Below, in pieces: positions 12,547 through 26,133 of a DNA stretch of 64,000 nt (position 1 is the stretch's first letter; every line of letters starts with the position of its first letter). Source of the stretch: Macrostomum lignano (Eukaryota); contig NIVC01003688.1 in NCBI GenBank assembly GCA_002269645.1, positions 18,725 to 82,724 on the forward strand, written 5' to 3'. Below the pieces are notes generated by a model that worked only from the letters and a program-made list of their open reading frames with translations, did not search any database and had not been told where the DNA came from. The position numbers and the translations under genes are program-made.

Positions 12547-13885
12547 CAGGGAAGCCTCTATGGTCGCTGCGCTCCCCAGGAAGGGTCACTCACCCGCCCC
12601 ACCCCACTCCGCTATACGAGTTTAGGGGCATGGCATAGAATGAAATGATGATGCTGCTTATCGATTTCTCGATAAGTATTTACCTTTCGTATTTAAGTAT
12701 CACCTTTCGTATTTCACAGCTTGCTATCTAACTGGAAAAAGAATATTGACAGCAATACTGGATATTTGCAGCAAACTGCTTTTAAACTTTGCTAAAATAA
12801 ATCATGGTATTTAATTTCTGTGCTTCACTCTGTCACCAATCTGCCTCGATATGAGAAGAATCCGGCAGTCTCCATGCACAAATTTCCTTTATCTGCACAG
12901 CCAGAGCTTCTGAAAAATGGATCTGTGGAATTCCCCGAAAGTGGACAGCGGCAGAGTTGGAGAAGTTGCGCAGCGATCCAAAGCACAACTACCGGATCTG
13001 CTGGCTGCTTTTTTCGGAAAGGTTTTTTGTAACCAACTCTCAGGACTCCAAATCCAGCCGTAAACGCTCCGCATTTGCAAATGCAGATGGACAAGCAAAG
13101 TAGCTGAAAAATCGACGGTTGACTTCTGATGCCGTACCCAGCATCTTTTCAAACGCGCCATCCTGCTTGAGTAAAACTGTTCCTGAGGAGCGATCTACCA
13201 CAATGAAATCTGCTCAGACTCGGCGAGAGAGTGCCATGCGTCGCTGCGAGGATGAGGCAGAAACATTCCTCGAAAGCGATGTCATTACGGACTTCCCTGA
13301 TCTACTTGCGTTCGAGCTGCCCGATCATTTGCGCTGTTTTTTAAGCACGCATCCGAGTCTCAGGTAAACATTCTCAACTGCCCGTGTGCCCTCTGCTGAT
13401 AGGATAGAGATCGCAACATCAGTGACAGTAGATGTAACTTTTGGCTTTGAGGTCAGTATTGATGGATCGATGCGGATTGGCTTTGGCCATGATCTGTATC
13501 ACCTAAGGGTTTTCTCGCCATGATAAAATATTTCAATTAACTGTCTCTCTCTCCCAAATTCTTCGACAAATCTTTCCGTGGGTAATCATTCATCTTTTGT
13601 TTCATTGTGTTTGGATGGCCTGAAGGGTTGTAAAGTATCTTTCTCGCACTAACAAAGCGGAAGTTTTTTTGAATAATACAACTTAAGGTTGCAGACCTAA
13701 AGTTCTGAATGTTTTGCGTTGACTAGTGCAAACCGCATCTTTCTATGACTTTTAGTCAAAAAGTTATCAGTCAAAAAATGAAAAAAACGTTGCATTTCCT
13801 ATTCATTCACTGCTTTCCAATTGAGCTTTTACCCCTAAACTAGTGTCCCTTCCTGGGGAGCGCAGCGACCATAGAGGCTTCCCTG
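12547..13885 (+). mobile_element. Internally deleted THAP-encoding DNA transposon (P superfamily-like), 39-bp perfect TIRs, 7-bp TSD
   Basis: TIR CAGGGAAGCCTCTATGGTCGCTGCGCTCCCCAGGAAGGG at 12547-12585, exact reverse complement at 13847-13885; CTAAAGG duplicated at 12540-12546 and 13886-13892. Frameshifted THAP domain: MVFNFCASLC / VSMHKFP / KWICGIPRKW / YRICW / DAVPSIF. Confidence 0.88.
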
Positions 13886-14451
13886 CTAAAGGCTTACAGT
13901 GACATGTATGATAGCAAGTAGTACGCTCGTATGTACGTAGCCGCAGTCAATTTTCATTTTCATTATATTATTGTCTATAAATAACACACTGTAGACAAAA
14001 GCAACACGCTTACGTATATATTGGCGCTTCAATTGTACTTTTAGAAGAAAATCGGCCACTTGAACATGTTGAGCTGTAGATTTTACAATCAACAGAAGCA
14101 ATTACGATTGCGAGGCCAAATCTTAAGGAACGAGTGTACGACATCTATCCCTACGAATTAGTTAGTCCACAAGTATCTCATTCTGGCCAAAACTGCCGTA
14201 TCTAGAGCAAGTCATTTCCTAATTTCCTCATTTGCTTCCCCAAAAAGTGCAATATCTCGCTGGCGTCGAAGGATGCAAATGTTGATAAGTTTCTGCTTCG
14301 GCAGCCAAGAAGATTTATGACTTATGTAGAGTAGCTGCTGTAAACATGCACCACAGTTAACAGCGCTTCTGCCATTAGCAATATTTTGTTACAGCCTGGT
14401 TTTAGTTTCTCTCTATTAAAGTAACAATTCGCCTCATATTTATTAGATTCT

Positions 14452-15385
14452 GCTTCCACTGAATATCGGGAAATAGGGTGACAGCTTCCACTGAATATTG
14501 GGGAATGGGGTGACAGCTTCCACTGAATATTGGGGAATGGGGTGACAGCTTCCACTGAATATTGGGGAATGGGGTGACAGCTTCCACTGAATATTGGGGA
14601 ATGGGGTGACAGCTTCCACTGAATATTGGAGAATGGGGTGACAGCTTCCACTGAATATTGGGGAATGGGGTGACAGCTTCCACTGAATATTGGAGAATGG
14701 GGTGACAGCTTCCACTGAATATTGGGGAATGGGGTGACAGCTTCCACTGAATATTGGAGAATGGGGTGACAGCTTCCACTGAATATTGGGGAATGGGGTG
14801 ACAGCTTCCACTGAATATTGGGGAATGGGGTGACAGCTTCCACTGAATATTGGGGAATGGGGTGACAGCTTCCACTGAATATTGGGGAATGGGGTGACAG
14901 CTTCCACTGAATATTGGGGAATGGGGTGACAGCTTCCACTGAATATTGGGGAATGGGATGACAGCTTCCACTGAATATTGGGGAATGGGATGACAGCTTC
15001 CACTGATTATTGGGGAATGGGGTGACAGCTTCCACTGATTATTGGGGAATGGGATGACAGCTTCCACTGAATATTGGGGAATGGGGTGACAGCTTCCACT
15101 GAATATTGGGGAATGGGGTGACAGCTTCCACTGAATATTGGGGAATGGGATGACAGCTTCCACTGAATATTGGGGAATGGGGTGACAGCTTCCACTGAAT
15201 ATTGGGGAATGGGATGACAGCTTCCACTGAATATTGGGGAATGGGATGACAGCTTCCACTGATTATTGGGGAATGGGTTGACAGCTTCCACTGATTATTG
15301 GGGAATGGGTTGACAGCTTCCACTGATTATTGGGGAATGGGGTGACAGCTTCCACTGAATATTGGGAAATGGAGTGACAGCTTCC
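14452..15385. repeat. 32-bp minisatellite GACAGCTTCCACTGAATATTGGGGAATGGGGT
   Basis: About 29 tandem copies; source of the spurious MEAVTPFPNIQW ORFs. Confidence 0.97.
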
Positions 15386-15859
15386 ATTAAAGATTTTCAA
15401 TTCAAAAAATAAATAAAAAGACAAAGCCCCTGGCCGATAAACTTTATCACACATTGCAACAGATATTAAGAGTCAAAATAATTTGTACCAGTAAATGTAT
15501 ATAGTGTCTTAGGAAATGATTAACTTTGCATAAGCGAAATTAATTTAGGTGTCGTTTTAGTGAGGAGACAAAAAAGTAGTCAAATTAATAAGAAAATACT
15601 ATATTTTATAATACGGTGATATTATTAGTGAAACGTGGATTACGAAATTGCACAGCAAAGCAAATAATAAAGGGGGAAATGCGAATTTTTAATATAACCA
15701 CGACTAAATTAACTTGTATGAATTACCTGATGACACGCTGGTATACAGATGATTTTACTTTAAATATTAGTATACAATATTATACGAGTATGTATGTCGG
15801 CATTTTATATATCTAACGAATTTTCGAAAATCGTCATAGGTAACAGTGTTACTGTTGAT

Positions 15860-16513
15860 CCATTGTCTATGGCTTCTGAGGAGTGACTTATTATTGTCTA
15901 TGGGTTATAAGTGGAGAGTGACTTTCTATTGTCTATGGGTTCTAATTGGAGAGTGACTTTCTATTGTCTATGGGTTCTAATTGGAAAGTTACTTTCTATT
16001 GTCTATGGGTTCTAATTGGAGAGTGACTTTCTATTGTCTATGGGTTCTAATTGGAGAGTGACTTTCTATTATCTATGGGTTCTAATTGGAGAGTGACTTT
16101 CTATTATCTATGGGTTCTAATTGGAGAGTGACTGTCTATTGTCTATAGCTTTTAATTGGAGAGTGACTGTCTATTGTCTATGGCTTTTAATTGGAGAGTG
16201 ACTTTCTATTGTCTATGGCTTTTAATTAGAGAGTGACTGTTTATTGTCTATGCCTTTTAAGTGGAGTGACTGTCTATTGTCTATGGCTTTTAAGTGGAGT
16301 GACTTTCTATTGTCTATGGCTTTTAAGTGGAGAGTGACTGTCTATTGTCTATGGCTTTTAAGTGGAGTGACTTTCTATTGTCTATGGCAACTAAGTGGAG
16401 AGTGACTTTCTTTTGTCTATGGGTTCTAATTGGAGAGTGACTTTCTATTGTCTATGGCTTCTAATTGGAGAGTGACTTTCTATTGTCTATGGGTTCTAAT
16501 TGGAGAGTGACTT
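15860..16513. repeat. About 35-bp minisatellite GGAGAGTGACTTTCTATTGTCTATGGGTTCTAATT
   Basis: Tandem copies just downstream of the ZW10 stop codon. Confidence 0.93.
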
Positions 16514-16605
16514 AGGATTAATCGAAATGGGGTAACAGGTTGCAATGAAGATCAACCGTTACTAATAACCATATTCAAGCATCAGCATGCATGACTATAC
16601 ACACC

Positions 16606-19600
16606 TCAGTTAATCTTAGCTAGCACAGCGGCCCTATCGTCAGTATTAGTAAACAGAGCTTTCACAATGCCCCTAACCTCAGCGTCGCTAAACGCATCGG
16701 CTAGCGGACTTTTACCGTCGCACCACAGGTCGGGAAAAGCGGCTAGCGGAGCAGACAGCATCCGGCCCAGTAGGCAGAACCTCGGCCAGCCGGGAGCGCA
16801 GCGCTCTAACGAAGCCGAACCGTTAGCGGCATCGTTGAACACCTTCGCTAGACGCTCCTGAACCCACTGAAAGATTCTAGCTAGATCATCGGCATCGCGA
16901 CAATCGAAATCTTCTTGAGCAAGGGTGAACGATGTCAGCTGAGCAAGCAGGCAATGGGCCAGTGCGCCTAAAGCTTTGCAGCAAATTTTAGTAGGCAGAA
17001 CAGACCAGACTCTGGCCAGGCATTCCAACTGGTACAGCGACTGGCGGCACAGTCGATTGTTGGCTTCATAGCTGCCGCCAGATGATTGCTGACCGACTGT
17101 CAGTTGACTGGCCGGCTCCAGGATGAGATCGCGCTGCCGGGCCAGCTGGGCCAGGAAAATTCTGGCGCCGTCTGCGCGCAGAGCGGCTGCCGCGTCTACC
17201 AAACATTTTGGCGGCGGATTCGAACCTCGGCCTGATACTAGCGGGCCGACAAATCTGAGGGCAAAGCGATTTTGGGGCTGTTTTCTGTAACTGGTTCTTT
17301 AGGATTCTTTCAAGGGATTATGAGCGATTTTTTAGGAGATTATGAGTGATTCTTTTAAGGGATAATGAGCGCATCTTTCAGGGGATTATAAGCAATTCTT
17401 GTAGAGGATTATGAGCGATTTTTTTAGGGATTATGAGCGACTCTTTCAGGGGATTATGAGTGATTCTTTCAAGGGATTATGAGCGACTCTTTCAGGGGAT
17501 TATGAGTGATTCTTTCAAGGGATTACGAGCGATTCTTTTAGGGGATTATAAGCAATTCTCGCAGTGGATTATGAGCGAGCCTTTTAGAGGATTATGAGCG
17601 ATTCTCTAAGAGGATTTTAAGCAATTCTTGTGGGGGATTATGAGCGATTCTTTCGGAGGATTATGACCGTTTCTTTCAGGGGATAATGAGCGATTACTTC
17701 AGAGGATTATGAGCAGATTTTTTAGAGGATTATGAGCAATTATCTATAGAAGATTCCTGTTAAAGACGTGAAGCTAATATAAGACAAGCAACTAACCTAT
17801 GCTCAATATCCACAGCGCAGTGAGCCAAATAGTGACAATTATTATAATACAGAGCGGCCAGTTGCGGCACAGACGCCAGCTGCTCGGCGTGAATCAGGCT
17901 GGCCGTGTCCCGATAGAGCAGCAGAAGTTTCCGGCAGCACTGGCCAATGCGACAGCGAAGCTCGGCGCTGAACTTGCCGTCAACTGCGCCTTCTCCTCTT
18001 GCTGCTCCGTCGCTCGAGTCGCCGACTCCGTCTCCAGCGGTTGCCGATGCTTCCCGGCAAATCTGGCCAATATATTCCACTAAGTCAATGGCCGACTGGC
18101 TGACCCGACAGGTTGGGAAAGCAAATGTGCGCCTGCGTTTGTTTTGAATCAGTGGAGAGATTATTAAATTTTCTATTTACAATAATAATTACACAGTTTA
18201 CATTTGCTACTGATTTAGTAGTGCAAATAGTGTCGATTTGATATGTTAACTGGAGCGCTTGATGTTTCTTTTATTAAATAATAATTCATTTAACACACTC
18301 ATGAACTAATCAGAAAATCGATGACTCACTCAGCACACTCGATGACCAATCAGAAAATCGATGACTCACTCAGCACACTCGATGACCAATCAGAAAATCG
18401 ATGACTCACTCAGCACACTCGATGACCAATCAGAAAATCGATGACTCACTCAGCACACTCGCTGACCAATCAGAAAATATATGACTCACTCAGCACACTC
18501 GCTGACCAATCAGAGCATCGATGAGACAATCAGCACACTCGCTGACCAATCAGAGAATCGATGACTCACACAGCACACTCGCTGACAAATCAGAGAATCT
18601 ATGACTCACTCAGGACACTCGCTGACCAATCAGAGAATCGCTGACTCACTCAACACACTCGCTGACGAATCAGAGAATCGATGACTCACTCAACACACTC
18701 GCTGACCAATCACAGAATTAATGACTAAATCAGCGCACTCGCTGACCTACCAGAGAATCCCTGACTTACTCAGGACACTCGCTGACTAATCAGGGAATCG
18801 ATTCAGCACACTCGCTGACCAATCAGAGAATTGTTGACTCAATCAGCACACTCTCTGACTAATCAGGGAATCGCTTCAGCACACTCGCTGACCAATCAGA
18901 GAATTGATGACTCACACAGCACACTCGCTGACCAATCAGAGAATTAATGACTCAATCAGCACACTCGCTGACCAATCAGAGAATACTGTACCCCTTCAAA
19001 CAACCAGAACAAACCATAGCTAGTCTTACCTATCAATGTACTTTTCAATCAATTCAACCGCCTCTTTCCCACCACCGATGCAGTCGCCAAAATCGATGGC
19101 ATCCATTCCAGTCTCCGACTGGGCGGCAGCCTCATCAACTAGAGCGCTGTCGGCTAGAGAGCGAGCGGCAATTTCGCGTCCAGCTTCCAAAATAGCGGCA
19201 ATGCGTTTCTCGGCGAATACGACGCCAATTTCGCGAACGAATTCGCCTAAACGACTGACGTTGGGCGACACTAAGCGGCATTCGACAACAAGCTGGTGCT
19301 CGAGGCGCTCCACTGCCGCGGCCGTTTCTCCGTAGGCCTTGGGAGATTTGAGCAGGAGAATAACTAAATATCGGTTTTATGGCATCAATTAAGTGGGAAT
19401 GAAGTTGGGATGGGATCAGTGAAGTTGGATGGGGATCACTGAAGGTGGGATGGGGATCCCTGAATGTGGGGGGATACCCGAATGTGGGATGGGGATCCTT
19501 GGTGGGATGGGGATCCCTGAAGGTGGGGGATCCCCGAATGTGGGATGGGATCATGGAATTTGAGATGGGGGATCCCTGAAGGTGGGGGATCCCCGAATGT

Positions 19601-21206
19601 GGGATGGGATCATGGAATTTGAGATGGGGGATCCCTGAAGGTGGGATGGGATCATGGATTGACATGGAATTTGAGATGGGGATCCCTGAAGGTGCGATGG
19701 GATCATGGAATTTGAGATGGGGATCCCTGAAGGTGGGATGGGATCATGGAATTTGAGATGGGGGATCCCTGAAGGTGGGATGGGATCATGGAATTTGAGA
19801 TAGGGATCCCTGAAGGTGGGATGGTATCATTGAATTTGAGATGAGGATCCCTGAAGGTGGGATGGGATCATGGAATTTGAGATGGGGGATCCCTGAAGGT
19901 GGGATGGGATCATGGAATTTGAGATAGGGATCCCTGAAGGTGGGATGGGATCATGGAGTTTGAGATGGGGATCTCTGAAGGTGGGATGGGATCATGGAAT
20001 TTGAGATTGGGGATCCCTGAAGGTGGGATGGGATCATGGAATTTGAGATAGGGATCCCTGAAGGTGGGATGGGATCATTGAATTTGAGATGGGGATCCCT
20101 GAAGGTGGGATGGGATCATGGAATTTGAGATAGGGATCCCTGAAGGTGGGATGGGATCATGGAGTTTGAGATGGGGATCTCTGAAGGTGGGATGGGATCA
20201 TGGAATTTGAGATTGGGGATCCCTGAAGGTGGGATGGGATCATGGAATTTGAGATAGGGATCCCTGAAGGTGGGATGGGATCATTGAATTTGAGATGGGG
20301 ATCCCTGAAGGTGGGATGGGATCCTTGAATTTGAGATGGGGATCCCTGAAGGTGGGATGGGATCATGGAATTTGAGATGGGGATCCCTGAAGGTGGGATG
20401 GGATCATGGAATTTGAGATGGGGATCCCTGAAGGTGGGATGGGATCATTGAATTTGAGATGGGGATCCCTGAAGGTGGGATGGGGATCACTGAAGTTGGG
20501 ATGGGGAGTGGGGAGATCGATTTACAATATAAAGTGAAGTTTATAGTCCAGAGTACAAATAATTTCGAAAGTAATATTTCATGTTATAAAAGAGATTTAC
20601 CTGCAGTCCAGCCCAGTCCGTAGGCACAGTCTTAGCTAAACAATCTGTAATCAGACGCTCAGCCAGTTGGTTCTCCATCAAAGGTCGCAATCGATCAGCC
20701 AATGTAGTCATTGCTGCTGGCTGTTGGTCAGACTGGCTCTGCTGCTGCTGCTCTTCAGAAGTGTCGGACAGCGGCAGGCTCAGCAGGAACTCGCGCAGCG
20801 TGTCCAGAGTTGGCGACAGACAGGCGCACAGAGCCAATGGTAGCGGCGGCCTACGAGAGCACCGACGCTGACTGTCGCTATCATCGACATCGTTTTTGAC
20901 GTCAGCCTCGCCGTCGGCGGCCTGCTGCTCTTGGCCAGCATCCAGCAGCACCAATTCTAATTGATTTTCAACTGCATTGCATTCCAATACGAGAGATCCG
21001 TCAGATATTACTGGCAGTAGGAAGCGGGACAGCAGGGTGTCGGCTAATTGGGCGTCCACTTTGGAGTGGAACAGCTTGAGAGCCTGAAAAGTGAGGCAAA
21101 GTTTAATCATGATAATGAGATACTCAATACTAAGATTAATGGAAACATTTCAAATAAAACAGGCAGGCAGACAGACAGGAAGGCAGACAGACAAATAGAC
21201 AGATAC

Positions 21207-21265
<59 letters not shown>

Positions 21266-21352
21266 GGCAGGCAGACAGACAGACAGACAGACAAACAAAT
21301 CGACAGATCCACAGACAGACAGACAGGCAGGCAGGCAGACAGACAGGCAGGC

Positions 21353-21393
<41 letters not shown>

Positions 21394-23801
21394 AATCGAC
21401 AGATCCACAGACAGACAGACACACTAATACAGATAGGTAAGGCAAATACTGCTCTGTAGATAGACAGATAGTGACACTAAGATAGATAGAAACACAGGCA
21501 AACCAAACAAGCAGTTAACCCAGACACCGGTGCAGATGGAGAATAGAAGTCAAAAAACGCTACGTAAGGCTTGACAAACCTGAAACGCCCGCACAAGTTT
21601 TGGCGCATTGGCGAGATTTCGGACAGTCAAACTGCAGATCAGCGGTCGCTCCAGCGGCTCTTTGAACACAAAATTATTGGACCACATTGACAAGAAGGCG
21701 TCGTGCAGATTGTGCTTGCACGTTATAAATAGATTGCGTAGCAGGGTGAGAACCTGAAAAGAGTCGGTTGATGCGTGCTTTTGATTTAGACTCAAGACCT
21801 CACATCTACTCAATACCGATTCAGATCTATTTTATCTAGATTCACATCTATCCTATCCACATGTATATTCAGATCTATCCCATCTAGATTCAGATCTATC
21901 CTATCTAGATTCAGATCTATCCCATCTACATGCAGATCTATCCTATCTAGATTCAGATCTATCCCATCTAGATGCAGATCTATCCTATCTAGATGCAGAT
22001 CTATCCTATCTAGATGCAGATCTATCCCATCTAGATTCAGATCTATCCTATCTAGATTTACATCTATCCTATCTAGATTTACACATCCATCCCAGCTAGA
22101 TTTACACATCTATCCCATCTAGATGCAGATCTATTCCATCTAGATTCACATCTATTCCATCTAGATTCAAATTCATTCCATCTAGATTCACATCTATTCC
22201 ATCTAGATTCACATCTATTCCATATAGATTCACATCTATTCCATCTATATTCACATATATCCCATGTAGATTCAGATCTATCCTACCTAGATTGAGATCC
22301 ATCCAATCTAGATTCGCATATATACTATCTAGAATCAGACTTAACCAATATAGATCAGATCTATTACATCTACATTCAAATTTAACGAATCGAGATTCAG
22401 ACCTATCCAATTAACAATTCTGAGCCCACCTGAATATCCTCTTTAACAAGTTGTAAATCGCGACGAAACAGCGCGTCGAGAGCGACAACTTCGTCGATGC
22501 AGTCCAGATATCGGCCCTCTTTAGTGCTCTGCTGCAGGCTGGCCATGCGGCACTGAATGTCGCTAATGACTGACATGGCCTGGTGGACCAGCTCGGCGCT
22601 GCGCAGCTGCTCCAGCACCTTTGGGGAAGGTGGGACAGACGGTTAATAATTGAAGACGGGAACTCCGCGATAACATTGAGAATGAGGATCTGCGATAGCT
22701 TCGGTTTAGAACGGAGGATTTGATGCCACAGTTGGCCCAGCAACTGAGGATCCGGGAGGCTGGCCCAGCAACTGAGGATCTGGAAGGCTGGCCCAGCAAC
22801 TGAGGATCTGGAAGGCTGGCCCAGCAACTGAGGATCTGGGAGGCTGGCCCAGAAACTGACACTCTGGGAGGCTGGCAGCCAAGCAACTGAGGATCTGGGA
22901 GGCTGGCAGCCAAGCAACTGACACTCTGGGGGGCTGGCCCAGCAACTGAGGATCTGGGAGGCTGGCCCAGCAACTGACACTTTGGGGTGCTGGCCCAGCA
23001 ACTGACACTCTGGGGGGGGGCTGGCCCAGCAACTGAGGATCTGGGAGGCTGGCCCAGCAACTGAGGATCTGGGAGGCTGGCCCAGCAACTGAGGATCTGG
23101 GAGGCTGGCAGCCAAGCAACTGAGGATCTGGGAGGCTGGCAGCCAAGCAACTGACACTCTGGGGGGCTGGCCCAGCAACTAAGGATCTGGGAGGCTGGCC
23201 AGCAACTGAGGATCTGGGAGGCTGGCCCAGCAACTGGGGATCTGGGAGGCTGGCCCAGAAACAGATTATCTGGGAGGCTGGCTTAGCAACTGGGGATCTG
23301 GGAGGGCGGCGGTGACCCAGCATCTGGGGATCTGGGAGAAAAAAATTTAAATCTAGCAATCCAATATTTTTATCACAGGTGGCTCACAAACTGAGGATCT
23401 TCAATGGTTATGGGAAGACACTATAAGAATCCTAAGCGTGGTTCAGGCCTTGGCTAAAGTTACTGATTTATCCTACACAGACCAAATAGAGAATCAGTGC
23501 CAATGATGCAACTAGCAGCTCGTAAGTCAGCTATCTTGTTCACCTTAGGATATTCCGCCAATCTCGCGTCCACCTCGGGCAGCACCTCGGACCTGGCCCG
23601 CTCGATAGCCTGGCCTAATCGGGTCTCAAGCTCGGCCACAGCCTGGGCCAGACTGGCCGACTCGCTGCGCGTGGCTTTGAAACAGTCAACAAGGCCAGCA
23701 TCGTTTTCCAGCATGTGCAACATGTCGGCCTTCAAATCGCCAATTGTCACCATCAACGATTTCATGTTGGCAATAATGGCCTCGTCTGATTGCTCGGACA
23801 T
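16606..23801 (-). CDS. ZW10: Centromere/kinetochore protein ZW10 (RZZ/NRZ complex), 7 exons, 798 aa
   Basis: Exons 23801-23544, 22618-22430, 21753-21580, 21083-20601, 19337-19030, 18132-17797, 17254-16606; all GT-AG with consistent phases, 2397 nt total. Motifs LITDCLAKTVP, FPTCRVSQSAIDLV, VPQLAALYYNNCHYLAH, WCDGKSPLADAFSDAEVRGIVKALFTNTDDRAAVLAKIN match the ZW10 family. Confidence 0.93.
17310..17745. repeat. Degenerate about 25-bp minisatellite (GGATTATGAGCGATTCTTT...) in ZW10 intron 6
   Basis: Direct inspection. Confidence 0.85.
18305..18985. repeat. About 40-bp minisatellite in ZW10 intron 5 with CCAAT and TGACTCA motifs
   Basis: Unit CAGCACACTCGCTGACCAATCAGAAAATCGATGACTCACT; about 16 copies. 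Confidence 0.92.
19400..20500. repeat. 39-41-bp minisatellite in ZW10 intron 4
   Basis: Unit GATCCCTGAAGGTGGGATGGGATCATGGAATTTGAGATGGG. Confidence 0.95.
21160..21420. repeat. (CAGA)n microsatellite in ZW10 intron 3
   Basis: Direct inspection. Confidence 0.93.
21818..22375. repeat. 21-bp minisatellite (TCTAGATTCAGATCTATCCCA) in ZW10 intron 2
   Basis: Direct inspection. Confidence 0.9.
22733..23337. repeat. About 28-bp minisatellite (GCTGGCCCAGCAACTGAGGATCTGGGAG) in ZW10 intron 1
   Basis: Direct inspection; source of the LLGQPPRSS ORFs. Confidence 0.93.
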
Positions 23802-23970
23802 TGTGCCAATTTGACAGTTGTCAAATAGGCAGTTCTTGACATGAATTTAAAGGAAAATTTGTATTCCAAGGGTTTTTTAAGCATCGAAATATCAGTGCGA
23901 ATTGGACCTCCAGGGTCCAAATTCAGGATTCCAAATTGATAACTAGGATGCCAATTGGCATAATTTAGAA

Positions 23971-24237
23971 CAGGGGTTGGCATACTTTTTACCTCAAGGG
24001 CCACATAGAGAACCTAGCGCATGACTGCAAGTCAGAGGAGGAGAGAGAGGAGAGGTGAGGGTGAGGGAATTAAAGAGAAGAGAGGAGACAGGAGGGGAGG
24101 AGAAAGAGCTGAGAAGAGTCACAAACCTTGAGCAGGCCAGATTGCTATAATTGTGAAGTTTAAAAGGACCCTGAGGGCCAGATAGAAAAGTTTTGCAGGC
24201 CACATGGGGCTGGCAGACTGGAGTTTGCAAACCCTTG
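23971..24237. mobile_element. Old hAT (Charlie-like) MITE
   Basis: Left end CAGGGGTTGGCATACT...GGGCCACAT; right end GGCCACAT...AGTTTGCAAACCCTTG (3 mismatches to left); flanks ATTTAGAA and GTGCAGAA only partly match. Confidence 0.55.
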
Positions 24238-24302
24238 GTGCAGAAGTTCAAAATCAAAAATAAAAAATCAAAATCTCTACCTAGAATGACATTGGTTATA
24301 AT

Positions 24303-24574
24303 CATACATGCGCAACCTCCAAAATTCGGTCGGCCATGCGACTTAGTTTTAACAAAAATGCGACGTAGTTTTTGGCCAAAAATGCAAAATTAACGCAACT
24401 GTGGGAAAAAGGGAAGGAGTAACTATGACTGTCTTATTAAGTCAAAATGCCTCGTCAGCTACATAGTACTACTACTTTGGTATTTTTTCGGGTGGGCATT
24501 TTTGCGACTTCCTTGGTTGGCCGCCAAATCGGTCGGCCGGATCGGCCGACTTGGCCGACTGTTGCGCATGTATG
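24303..24574. mobile_element. MITE, copy 1 (14-bp TIR CATACATGCGCAAC, 8-bp TSD GTTATAAT)
   Basis: Perfect TIRs; TSD at 24295-24302 and 24575-24582; internal similarity to copy 2. CA...TG ends with an 8-bp TSD fit hAT or P superfamilies. Confidence 0.9.
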
Positions 24575-25849
24575 GTTATAATGAATAATGATGATAATAA
24601 TTCTTCTAAGGTTCCTTTGTAAGGCCAACATTTTAGGCCTAGACTGATTTTTTCAAATAATAATAAAAGTTTGGCTATTTTAGTTTTATTAGGTCTATCA
24701 TTAGATCTATTTTTTAAATACAAGTATATTAGGTTGAGCCACAAGTTTATAGAATTTGAACAATTGGAAACTATAACAAATAGTCTCAAGAACAAACAGT
24801 TTATAGCAATATTATATAGTTACCATTTAAGGCCTTGACCCTCTCCTAACTTGCTTGCAATGCCTTGATACCCTCTTTCCAGAAGCTTGCAAGCCTTGAA
24901 TCTATCTATTTCTACATTGCCTGTTCTAAATGTTGCTTGTTGGCAAATTGCTATCTATTGCAAAAGCTCTAAAAGGACCTAAACGCATGGCAAGAGGTCT
25001 GATAAGCATGGTAGGTGGGGCAAAACATTGAAGCTTAGACTTGTGAGCTTGGCCTAGGTAAGTATTCTTTGTGAAGCTACACATTGTCAAAAAGGAGCTC
25101 CTTGTCATGGTACCCTAGGTAGAGTCTGACCAAGATAAAATTTTTGTTTTCAAGTGAGATTAAGCAAGAATTAAAAAAATTGAGATTGAGAATAAGTTGA
25201 TTGAGAATTGGAGATCTGGCTACAATTGTGAATTTGTATAGGAAGAATAGGCCTAGTACTTATGATAAGATATATAAAACTTAGCCTATATTATAAATAA
25301 GTAGATAATAATAATACAAAAGAAGACTCAAATGTGCCATCATAATAAAATATATGTAGCAATATGCAAAAGTAAGCCATTAACTCTGCCTGTGCCACTG
25401 TATGCCATTGCAAGATAAGATATATAAATAGGTTGAAGGTTGGTAATGGCCTACCAGGTGAGCCATAGGATCATGATTCATGGTATACCTATGCCAAAAC
25501 AAATCCTAGGCCTATCAAAATAGTAATTGTTACGCCATGTGCTGGAATTTTTTTTGCAAAAAGAAAAATTATTGAGATTATGTATTAAGATTAAGATTGT
25601 TTAATTTAAGATTTCTTATGTAATATTAATATATAGCAAATATATAGGCCTAGGCCTAAAAATGTAAGGCCTAAAGTTAAAAGAATTTATTATTAGTTAA
25701 ATCATTTTAATTCTTGTACTGCTACTGCTAGCCACTAGGGCGTAGTAATAATAAATACTAAATAGACATATGGACTAGGCCTATAGCCTGCCTATCTATA
25801 CAGGCCCAGGAGGCAGGAGCTACTGATTCAATTGTCATAAGGCGTATAC

Positions 25850-26133
25850 CATACATGCGCAACCCCCCTGATTTACACTGGCCATGCGACTTACTTTTTG
25901 ACAAAAAATGCGACTTAGGCCTACCTATGAAAGAAACTCTAAGAGCAGCATTAACGCAATTTTGGGTAAACGGCAGGAGTAACTATGACTGTCTTATAAG
26001 GGCTAAATGCCTCGTCATCTAATTAGTACTACGTCTGTATTCTTTGGGGTGGGCATTTTTGCGACTTACCCCTGGTCCACCACAATTTACGGTGGCCAGA
26101 TCGGCCAGGTCGGCCAGCAGTTGCGCATGTATG
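25850..26133. mobile_element. MITE, copy 2 (same TIR, 8-bp TSD GCGTATAC)
   Basis: TSD at 25842-25849 and 26134-26141; same internal blocks (GGCCATGCGACTTA, AACTATGACTGTCTTAT, GGGTGGGCATTTTTGCGACTT). Confidence 0.9.

Noticed and set aside
14322-15454. Repetitive MEAVTPFPNIQWKLSPHSP ORFs
   Set aside because: 32-bp minisatellite translations.
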